Below the pieces are notes generated by a model, which was not told the DNA's origin, did not search any database, and saw only the letters and a list, made by a program, of their open reading frames with translations. Of a stretch of DNA of 64,000 bases, positions 44,617 to 52,556 are shown one piece after another (position 1 is the stretch's first letter; every line of letters begins with the position of its first letter). Both the position numbers and the translations under genes were made by a program. The stretch is from the IMG/VR virus record IMGVR_UViG_3300045988_131721, positions 64,001 to 128,000 of that record. The stretch is one strand, 5' to 3'. Origin of the DNA: a virus.

Positions 44617-45060
44617 CTATATAACATCTAAACCTTGCTCTATTAAATATCTTTTTAATTCAGTTGGTATTTGTTGAGCTATTTTAACTTGTGAATCTGG
44701 TATAATCGTTGTTGGAGGATAATAAGCAACCGTAGAATCACTTTTAAAACTCCAAACTTTACCTGCTTCCCAACCTATAATTGGAAAGAAATGTTCTCCC
44801 GTTAATACACTTGTCCAATCTCCATTATCTTGAAATTCTACTACAGCACAATTCATATCAATACTCGATATTTGTGCTATTTCTCCCATTTGTCCTGTAC
44901 GTTCATATACAGATGGTTCATGGTCAGCATATATTTGTTCATTTACTTCTCGTTGCATTATCTCTACCATTTTATTTGCCATAGGTGTCATAGCAGTAGA
45001 AACAACGGATTTAATATAATTGACTGCACTTTCAATATCATTTACAACCAAATTAATCAC
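44617..45060 (-). CDS. hypothetical tail protein (HK97 gp10-like pattern, tentative)
   Basis: 147 aa. A YERTGQMGEI segment recalls the RTG.L motif of gp10-family proteins. The GTG start has no SD and overlaps the end of 45053-45517 in the +1 frame. Confidence 0.45.
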   Translation of the reverse strand: MINLVVNDIESAVNYIKSVVSTAMTPMANKMVEIMQREVNEQIYADHEPSVYERTGQMGEIAQISSIDMNCAVVEFQDNGDWTSVLTGEHFFPIIGWEAGKVWSFKSDSTVAYYPPTTIIPDSQVKIAQQIPTELKRYLIEQGLDVI

Positions 45061-45517
45061 CTTTTTTCATTTCTTGTATTTCCTCTTCCAATTTTTCACA
45101 TTGTTTATTTAATATTTCTAATTTTTCAGCCTCTAATAATATTCTTTTGCTTAAAGTTAATGAAGTCATATTTGCTAATAGATTTTGTTTTTCTAACATT
45201 ACTTCTATAACAATTTCACTTACTATTTCGTCTACATCTTGTGCAATAAACATTAATTCTTTTTTACCTTTATTTATTGATTCTATTAAATCTTCGTCTA
45301 ATTCTAAATCAGTAGCCAATTCAAATGCTTCCTTGTATATAAGTTCCATTAATGCTTTTTCTTCTAATCCTTGTTCTAGTCCTTTAGATATTTTTTCTTT
45401 TAATTCATTTCTATTCTCACCAAATATATTATAAACTAAAACAGTTTCTATTTCGTTATTTACTTCCACATCATATGAACTTCTAATCATATCTAATGTT
45501 AAATCACTTAATTTCAT
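45053..45517 (-). CDS. putative tail assembly chaperone (acidic, helical)
   Basis: 154 aa, very acidic, lying upstream of the tape measure. The call rests on synteny. Confidence 0.5.
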   Translation of the reverse strand: MKLSDLTLDMIRSSYDVEVNNEIETVLVYNIFGENRNELKEKISKGLEQGLEEKALMELIYKEAFELATDLELDEDLIESINKGKKELMFIAQDVDEIVSEIVIEVMLEKQNLLANMTSLTLSKRILLEAEKLEILNKQCEKLEEEIQEMKKGD

Positions 45518-45587
45518 TCCTTAATCTCCCTTCTTTATTAATTATTTTTAATATCTTTCCTCTCTTTATTCATCTTTTCATACAACG

Positions 45588-45619
45588 AAATAGGAGAAGA
45601 AATTAATCCTCTCCTATTT
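45588..45619 (-). terminator. terminator-like hairpin closing the tail-spike island
   Basis: AAATAGGAGA, 12-nt loop, TCTCCTATTT (10-bp stem). There is no long U-tract beyond the stem. Confidence 0.45.
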
Positions 45620-45703
45620 CCACACATTATACAAATAGTAATTAGAGTTAATACACAGCTGGTTTTGTGTACGTTTATATTATATGATTTTTTTTAATTT
45701 ATA

Positions 45704-45727
45704 TACATAATATTTTTAAATAGATAT
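45704..45727 (-). repeat. RBP junction motif, degenerate copy spanning the stop of 45716-47443
   Basis: Plus strand TACATAATATTTTTAAATAGATAT. Only the central AATATTTTTAAAT and part of the left arm are conserved. Confidence 0.4.
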
Positions 45728-47443
45728 TACATTATTATAATATCTATAATCTTTTTCAGCATCTGTAAATTTTATATTTATATCACTATTATTTTCTATA
45801 CAGTTTATACAAGATATATTATTCAATATAATATCGGGTGTATATGAACCTGTGGTTACATATCCTATCATACTAGAAGTTCTTTTATTTCCAATATTTT
45901 CTATTATACCATTTGTCATTAAAAAATGAGGTGAATTAGTTTTCGTATACTTAACCCCGTTTTTTGCATTCCATCCAAAATGATATAAATTATTAACCAT
46001 TATTATACTATTATATAAATCTACAGAATATATATCTTCACTTATAATATTCATGCCATAATTATTAGTACCACTATAATCAATAATAGAATTAATAAAT
46101 TGTAATTTTTTACTCCCTGCAACTAATCTAAAAGTACAATATTTGTTAATTGAATTAAGTATTCTTAAGGAACATTTTTTAAATATTATAGAATTATTAA
46201 CATAAGAATAGTTTTGGGTTATTTTCTCAAAACTATCCAGGATGAAATTACAATCTATAAATTCACATTTTGAATTATCATTAAATTGTAATAATCTAGC
46301 ATATGTAGCATTATTACCAACAGCTTCTATATCACAGTTTATAAATCTACAATCAGATGAATTATGCAAATAAAATAAGGTACTTGTAATAATTCCATTT
46401 ATTTTAGTATTTTTTACAATTATATTATTTACGGCACCGTCATTAGACCCACATTTTATTATGTTTGACCCTGTACCATTCATACGTAAATCGTTATTAT
46501 CAATTACTACATTATTACTATTGTATCCTAAATATATAGCATGACCATATATATCTGTATTAGTTTGAGTTGTAATTTTTGTATTTAATATTTTTAAATT
46601 ATTACAATTGTCACTATATATACCAAAATACGCTTCATCTATAACTAAATCAGATAAAATTGTATTATCTGCTTTCATATTAGAGACAAGAAAACTTAAG
46701 TTTTTTGATTTACAGTTTTTTACGCAATTATTTAAAATTTTATTAGTTGTATTACTCACTATTGTTATTCCACAAATATTAGACACTATCGCACTTGCGT
46801 CAAATTCTTTTAATGTATTTTTATATTCTAATTGACTGTAAAAATTTAATTCTTCTATACAGCAATTATCATTATTTATTGCAAATACTGTAAAACTTGT
46901 TTCCTTTGGATTTATATATATATTTGCTCCATTTCCTATAATCTTTGTATTTTTAGGTAGTATAATAGTATTATCTATTAAATAATTACCCTTTTCAAAA
47001 ATTATTACTACATTTTCTTTATTATCTAATGTGGCTTTTATTTTATCAGAACAATCTGATAAATTATAAGTTTTAGTAGTTTCATCATAACTAACTTGAC
47101 TGGATGGTTTCACTCCAAATTTTGATAAATTGATATAAAGTTTATTTATTCCATCTATCTCATTCACAATATCTTTATATTGTGCATTAACTTCATTTAT
47201 ACTGCCTATTAATGTTTTATCCTGTGTAGTTAGTGTATCATACTCATTGTCTTTTACACCTTCCATAGATGTCTCGTCTTTAACTAAGGTTACTTCATTA
47301 TCTTTTAAGGTTTGAATATCTGTTTTCATATTATTATTTTTTGTAGTTTGACTCTCTCCTGTACTGTCTACAACTAAATCTGGTGAGGTATAAGGATAAT
47401 TAAATCCGTCTTTACCTTTTCTAGTTTTTATATTTTTTGACAT
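45716..47443 (-). CDS. tail spike, conserved N-anchor + right-handed beta-helix (pectate-lyase-like) body
   Basis: The ATG at 47443 (MSKNIKTRKGKDGFNYPYTSPDLV...) lies 8 nt after GAGGTGA; the track GTG at 47455 sits inside the SD. The body has repetitive N/I/C-rich beta-helix-like repeats. Confidence 0.7.
   Translation of the reverse strand: MSKNIKTRKGKDGFNYPYTSPDLVVDSTGESQTTKNNNMKTDIQTLKDNEVTLVKDETSMEGVKDNEYDTLTTQDKTLIGSINEVNAQYKDIVNEIDGINKLYINLSKFGVKPSSQVSYDETTKTYNLSDCSDKIKATLDNKENVVIIFEKGNYLIDNTIILPKNTKIIGNGANIYINPKETSFTVFAINNDNCCIEELNFYSQLEYKNTLKEFDASAIVSNICGITIVSNTTNKILNNCVKNCKSKNLSFLVSNMKADNTILSDLVIDEAYFGIYSDNCNNLKILNTKITTQTNTDIYGHAIYLGYNSNNVVIDNNDLRMNGTGSNIIKCGSNDGAVNNIIVKNTKINGIITSTLFYLHNSSDCRFINCDIEAVGNNATYARLLQFNDNSKCEFIDCNFILDSFEKITQNYSYVNNSIIFKKCSLRILNSINKYCTFRLVAGSKKLQFINSIIDYSGTNNYGMNIISEDIYSVDLYNSIIMVNNLYHFGWNAKNGVKYTKTNSPHFLMTNGIIENIGNKRTSSMIGYVTTGSYTPDIILNNISCINCIENNSDINIKFTDAEKDYRYYNNVISI
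47163..47186 (-). repeat. RBP junction motif, coding copy (AQYKDIVN)
   Basis: Plus strand TTCACAATATCTTTATATTGTGCA. Confidence 0.85.
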
Positions 47444-47496
47444 TTTTTTTATCACCTCATTTTTAATTTTTTATTATGCAATTAATTCACATTAAG

Positions 47497-47520
47497 TTCA
47501 CAATATTTTTAAATTGTGAA
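47497..47520 (-). repeat. RBP junction motif, non-coding copy abutting the stop of 47521-49149
   Basis: Plus strand TTCACAATATTTTTAAATTGTGAA. With flanks, GTTCACAAT/ATTGTGAAC forms a 9-bp stem. The stop is at 47521-47523. Confidence 0.85.
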
Positions 47521-49149
47521 CTAAATTTCTATATTATTAAAATTCCAAATGATATTATCTCCATATGTTGTTCCTATGTTAAAAGGGATTCCTTTAATAT
47601 AACTGTTATATGCTACAACTGCATCAGTTTTTGCACTGAATACCATTTTTGTACAACCACTTTTATTCGTAGTCCAATTATTTTTAAATATTCTATAATT
47701 TTCACTATCTACCCTAAAATCTAAAGTTGTATCTTGAAATTCATTATTAAACATTGCAATATTTCTACTTTTTACAGATATTACTTGTTTAACTTGCCCG
47801 TTATTACAAATAAATTTACAATTTTTAACTATATGACCGTGAATATGTTGCCCCCCATCTTCCCAGTCTATATGTGACGCAGGGTCATAATAACCGCAAT
47901 TTACAAATTCACAACCGTCTAATATTATATTATTACCACCTTGAGGACTCATACCAGTAGACATAGTTTCTTGAAATTTACAATTTTTAAATGTAACATC
48001 TTCCAACTTACCAACTGCAAAAATGTGTACAATACCACCAAAATCGGGGTCACTCGCAGTAGGAAGGTAGTTTTGATAAAACTCTATTTTACAATATTTT
48101 GCGGTAGAAGGAAATTCATAATATTCAAATTGTAAACAATTATTAAGTTTAGAAACGAATTGTTTATTTTCATCGAAGAAATATATATTATATATTCTGC
48201 CAACAACATAGGCATATCCGCCATAACCTTGCATACAACCTACACCAAATGTGTTAGTATTATAATTATGTAAAGAAGAAATGTCTATATAATCCTTACA
48301 TCTAAACCTAGTTGAAATACTATCATTATTTTTACCAATATCTGTATACCCACCCATTTCAGTATTACTCAATTTAAAAGGTATACGTGTATATAATTTA
48401 TATCCTAATCCAACATTAAAACCAGGAGAATATGAAAATTCACAATTCACAATATTAACATTTTTACTTCCAGTAAGTTCTAAAGTTTGTTCCTGTTCAA
48501 TATGATATTTTTTACTACTTATATAATTCTCGGCATAAAATTTACCATTTAAAACATTTAAATTTTCAATATTTTCAATATTAAACATTTTATATGCATA
48601 TTCATTACCTGCTCTAATACCATGCCAATCCGCTATGTTTTTATTTTTTCTAAATTCTAATTGTATAATAGAATTATTCCAATCAATTGTCATATTACTT
48701 GGATAAGAAATACTTCCCACATCGCCTTGAACATTATAAGTTCCAGTAGGGAAAACAACTTTATCATAATTATTTTCTGACGCATATTTAAAAACATTTA
48801 TAATACCTTGTGTATTAGCTATACCACTATCACTTTTACCAGTATTATTTAAATTGTAAGTATTTAAATCAACATTCAACACTTTTAAATTATCCGAATT
48901 TATATCGGGACGTTCTACCACATTTATTTCTATTTGTTTTGAAATATTTTGTCCTACATATTTTACAGTTATTGTGGCTGTTCCAATAGAATTTGCAAAG
49001 AGCACACCAAATTGACAAGATATAACAGAAGTATTAGAGGATGTTATAGAAACACTATTATTATCACACCTCATATCCCATTTAAAAGGATTTTCTGATT
49101 CATCTTGCAATCCTACTGCCCATAAAACATATTCATCACCAATATACAT
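47521..49149 (-). CDS. tail spike / depolymerase-like protein (Big_2-like N-terminus + pectate-lyase-like beta-helix), lacking the N-anchor
   Basis: 542 aa. KVVFPTGTYNVQG...NMTIDWNNSIIQL is typical of pectate_lyase_3-type spikes. No recognisable SD before the ATG at 49149. Confidence 0.65.
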   Translation of the reverse strand: MYIGDEYVLWAVGLQDESENPFKWDMRCDNNSVSITSSNTSVISCQFGVLFANSIGTATITVKYVGQNISKQIEINVVERPDINSDNLKVLNVDLNTYNLNNTGKSDSGIANTQGIINVFKYASENNYDKVVFPTGTYNVQGDVGSISYPSNMTIDWNNSIIQLEFRKNKNIADWHGIRAGNEYAYKMFNIENIENLNVLNGKFYAENYISSKKYHIEQEQTLELTGSKNVNIVNCEFSYSPGFNVGLGYKLYTRIPFKLSNTEMGGYTDIGKNNDSISTRFRCKDYIDISSLHNYNTNTFGVGCMQGYGGYAYVVGRIYNIYFFDENKQFVSKLNNCLQFEYYEFPSTAKYCKIEFYQNYLPTASDPDFGGIVHIFAVGKLEDVTFKNCKFQETMSTGMSPQGGNNIILDGCEFVNCGYYDPASHIDWEDGGQHIHGHIVKNCKFICNNGQVKQVISVKSRNIAMFNNEFQDTTLDFRVDSENYRIFKNNWTTNKSGCTKMVFSAKTDAVVAYNSYIKGIPFNIGTTYGDNIIWNFNNIEI

Positions 49150-49217
49150 TTGAGATATAGGGTTAACTATTAATATTTCATTGATGTTCCTATTCTGTTT
49201 TTTTGCTAACTCTTTAG

Positions 49218-51137
49218 TTAGAGATACTCCTCATCTGTACTAGAAATTTCTTTACCTACTACCACAGGAATGGTTTTAGTAAGATTCTTTGCAACAATAT
49301 TAACATTAGAAGTACCATCTTTTAATGCAGTAATACTATTATCATCATTAATTTTTATTATATCGTCAGTATTTGTTTTTTCTAAAGATACACTATCTGA
49401 ATAATTTATTACTGGTGATGTAGAATATGGTATAGAATATGTTTCACCAACACCCATATTCAATGCATCTATTGAATTTACACTTTCAACATTTAACGCC
49501 TCAAATATAACATCTGTAGTATAACTATTTCCAACGTTTGTGGTTTTTATAGTTACAGTAAATTCTTTATCTGACAATCTTGTTACATTTCCAAGACTAT
49601 CTATTGTTGCATTATTTTTATCACATATAAACTCTATATCATAAAAAGACTTATCTCCAAAAGGTAATGTAACAGGATGTAATAAAACAGTAGAATTAAC
49701 AGCTATATTATATGAAGTAACCTTAATTTCATTACTATCAGTAAGAAAGTTTCCATCAACTTTATAATTTCCTATACCAGTAATAGAATTATCACAATAT
49801 GGAGTAAAAGTATATTTTTTATTATTAACAATTATAAAACCGTTAATAGCATTTTTATATAATGGTTGAATATTATAAACCCAAGTATAATTATTTGTTT
49901 TTTGAAAACCTAATTTAATGAATTTAGTTCCTTCTTTAAGGCACATAGAACGTTTCTTTTCATTCCAAGGTAGATAAACAACATTATATCTATCACCAGT
50001 AATAGCCCCCAATGATTTTTTATTTTCATCATAACAAATAATTGATAAAACAAATCCCTTATATCCCGCAGATATAACAATTTCTTCTGAATTAACTTCA
50101 ATATATTCACTTGTAGAACAAGATGTAGTTACACTATTACCATAAGAAAAATCTACTTGGGTAGCGTGCGACCTTTGTAAAGTTAAAACATTACCATCTA
50201 TAATAGTTTCATTTTGTATACTTGCCCCATTTGCATTTATAATTATATCTCCAGTAACAGAATTAATTGTAGCTGTTCTCTCATATTTATCATAAACTTC
50301 ATTAGTAATATCTTTACCACCCATACTAATAGAAAGTGTATTTGGTTCATACTCCAAAATAGGTTCTAATTTAGCTACATATTTAGTATTTGGAGTAATA
50401 GACTTATTAGTATTACTATTTGTATAATTAGTTAAATTGTTTGTTATAGAATAACTTGTAGGTTGAACAATTTCTGTACATTTTACGGTTATAACAATTT
50501 TACCGGTAACTTTAGGTATATTAATATTTCCATTATTATACACACTATCGGTAATATTTGTACCACCCATAGTAATAGTAACACTATTAATAGAATATCC
50601 TTCACTAGCAGTAATAGTTGCAGTATAAGATTGATTCTCCTCTATTTCGGTTGCGTTATTATTATTACTTGCATTAGATAGTGTATTTGTTATAGTATAT
50701 TTTGTTACGACAGGTTCAACAGGTGTAGTACCTCCAATAGGTATTTCTGCTATTACTTTGTTTCCACACTTTATTTTATAAGAATTAGTGGTTTGTTCTG
50801 TGGTAAATAAGTTCGCAATATCTTTATATTGCGAATTAACTTCATTAATAGAACCTATTAATGTTTTATCCTGTGTAGTTAATGAGGGATATTCGTTATC
50901 TTTTATTCCCTCCATAGATGTTTCATCTTCAATTAAATTTATTGCATTATCTTTTAAAGTTTGAATATCAGCTTTTATTGCAGTAGTATCTGAGCTATTT
51001 TTAGCTTCTTCTATTTTCTTTTCTAGTTCTTGTTTAGCACTTTTGCCAGTTCCGTCATAGTCAACATTCTCTAAATCAACTAATTTAAAGTCGCCATTAT
51101 TCTTTTGAGTAAGTTTTCCTATTATTTCAATACCCAT
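49218..51137 (-). CDS. tail fibre: conserved N-anchor, two tandem Ig-like modules, C-terminal Big_2-like domain
   Basis: 639 aa. The anchor ...DIQTLKDN...DETSMEGIKDNEY..LTTQDKTLIGSINEVNSQYKDIAN is shared with 45716-47443. Its ~75-aa modules are similar to one in 23150-25429. Confidence 0.7.
   Translation of the reverse strand: MGIEIIGKLTQKNNGDFKLVDLENVDYDGTGKSAKQELEKKIEEAKNSSDTTAIKADIQTLKDNAINLIEDETSMEGIKDNEYPSLTTQDKTLIGSINEVNSQYKDIANLFTTEQTTNSYKIKCGNKVIAEIPIGGTTPVEPVVTKYTITNTLSNASNNNNATEIEENQSYTATITASEGYSINSVTITMGGTNITDSVYNNGNINIPKVTGKIVITVKCTEIVQPTSYSITNNLTNYTNSNTNKSITPNTKYVAKLEPILEYEPNTLSISMGGKDITNEVYDKYERTATINSVTGDIIINANGASIQNETIIDGNVLTLQRSHATQVDFSYGNSVTTSCSTSEYIEVNSEEIVISAGYKGFVLSIICYDENKKSLGAITGDRYNVVYLPWNEKKRSMCLKEGTKFIKLGFQKTNNYTWVYNIQPLYKNAINGFIIVNNKKYTFTPYCDNSITGIGNYKVDGNFLTDSNEIKVTSYNIAVNSTVLLHPVTLPFGDKSFYDIEFICDKNNATIDSLGNVTRLSDKEFTVTIKTTNVGNSYTTDVIFEALNVESVNSIDALNMGVGETYSIPYSTSPVINYSDSVSLEKTNTDDIIKINDDNSITALKDGTSNVNIVAKNLTKTIPVVVGKEISSTDEEYL
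50812..50835 (-). repeat. RBP junction motif, coding copy (SQYKDIAN)
   Basis: Plus strand TTCGCAATATCTTTATATTGCGAA, with perfect 8-bp arms. Confidence 0.85.
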
Positions 51138-51151
51138 ACTATTTACCTCCT

Positions 51152-52450
51152 TTATTTTATAGTTATATTAGTAGTCCCTAAATTTGCATTATCTGATTTA
51201 TATATATCATAGTTTTCCGCATAGTTATCGCTGTTAGTAAAGTTTACAGTTGCCACCTTGCTAAATCCTCCGTCAAAACCACCAACGTTGAAACTACAAG
51301 TACCTAATCTACTAGGAACACAATAGAATATATATTCTCCAGCTCCTGCATTTACTGTTATGGTTCTATTCTTTGAATTAGATAATTGTTTTGTTAATCC
51401 ACTAATCAAAACACTATCATAAGTTGTTGTAGTAGATTTTCCATAGTAAACACCATTAGCAAATGTAATAGTAGCAGTCTTTGATTTTTGAACACCACTA
51501 TTAGATATTCCAGCTAAAGTATAAGTAGTTGTTGTAGTAACTGCTGTGAATGTTTTCGTTCTTAATGTATTCTCAACAGTTGCATTATTAATAGTTTGAC
51601 TTTTTATTGTACTATGGGTATAGTTCCATGTTAATTTAGGACTAACAGTACTACCCATTTGTGATATATTTGGTGTTACTGAAAAGGATGAAATATCAAA
51701 AGGATTTTGTATATCCCATATTTTAGCATCAAGTTCAATTTGACTCTCTTGTACTTTCTTTATTTTATTATTTACTTCATTTATCCCACCAGTAATTGTT
51801 TTTTCGTCGGTATTTAAAAATTCATCATTTTTCTTTTGATAATTTGTTAAATCTACAGTTCCTCCACCGATTCCAGAATTAACATCTTCTCTTAACTGAT
51901 TTATTGCACCTACTATAGTTTTGTTATCACCAACTAAATTTTCATCTCGTTTCATCTGAATTTCATTTTTATTTATTCCGTTGGTTATTTCTTTAACATC
52001 TTTTATTAATTTTTCTAATATAGGTAGATTTTTATCATTTTTTATTTTTTTATTTAACTTAGCAGTTATATTTGGTTTAACTACATAATCAAATTCTTCA
52101 GATGTAAAACATTTTAATTCATTTTCTATTGTTCCAGAAACTCTTATTTCACATGAATATTTACCAACTATATCAAAATAATCTGTAGTTAAATCAACTT
52201 GATATAATAAATCTTCTTTAGATATTAATGTTGCGTCTAAAGGTTTAAATTCATCTGTCTCTGGTTTTAATACTGCAAATTCAACGATTAAATCATCTGG
52301 TATGGTTTTATCTTCATCAGTACAAATTAATTTTATAAAAATATTACATATATTTAAATCTGTATTATAGAAAAATATAGTTTTATCGGATTTAACTTTT
52401 GTATTTTTTAAATCTACGGTAATTAAATAATCTTTATCTATATTAATCAT
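51152..52450 (-). CDS. baseplate/fibre protein with a BppU-like N-terminus
   Basis: 432 aa. The N-terminal pattern is like 23150 and 29576. Contains TIVGAINQL and TITGGINEVNNKI segments related to the anchor motif. Confidence 0.55.
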   Translation of the reverse strand: MINIDKDYLITVDLKNTKVKSDKTIFFYNTDLNICNIFIKLICTDEDKTIPDDLIVEFAVLKPETDEFKPLDATLISKEDLLYQVDLTTDYFDIVGKYSCEIRVSGTIENELKCFTSEEFDYVVKPNITAKLNKKIKNDKNLPILEKLIKDVKEITNGINKNEIQMKRDENLVGDNKTIVGAINQLREDVNSGIGGGTVDLTNYQKKNDEFLNTDEKTITGGINEVNNKIKKVQESQIELDAKIWDIQNPFDISSFSVTPNISQMGSTVSPKLTWNYTHSTIKSQTINNATVENTLRTKTFTAVTTTTTYTLAGISNSGVQKSKTATITFANGVYYGKSTTTTYDSVLISGLTKQLSNSKNRTITVNAGAGEYIFYCVPSRLGTCSFNVGGFDGGFSKVATVNFTNSDNYAENYDIYKSDNANLGTTNITIK

Positions 52451-52477
52451 TTAATCATCCTCCTTTATTAATTTTTA

Positions 52478-52509
52478 TATAAAAAGAGTGGTAAATTAAC
52501 ACCACTCTT
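52478..52509 (-). terminator. rho-independent terminator
   Basis: Minus sense: AAGAGTGGT, 8-nt loop, ACCACTCTT, then TTTATAT. Confidence 0.7.
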
Positions 52510-52531
52510 ACAATTTCATTTCGATACTAAG

Positions 52532-52555
52532 TACACAATATTTTTAAATTGCGAA
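52532..52555 (-). repeat. RBP junction motif, non-coding copy abutting the stop of 52557-54173
   Basis: Plus strand TACACAATATTTTTAAATTGCGAA. It matches the coding copy at 54031-54054 at 22 of 24 positions. Confidence 0.9.
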
Positions 52556-52556
52556 C

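Noticed and set aside
49150-49235. A programmed frameshift fusing fibre 49218-51137 to the SD-less spike gene 47521-49149.
   Set aside because: The downstream frame is open across the 68-nt gap, but only as far back as a TGA four codons before the upstream stop. There is also no slippery sequence in GAG GAG TAT CTC TAA.
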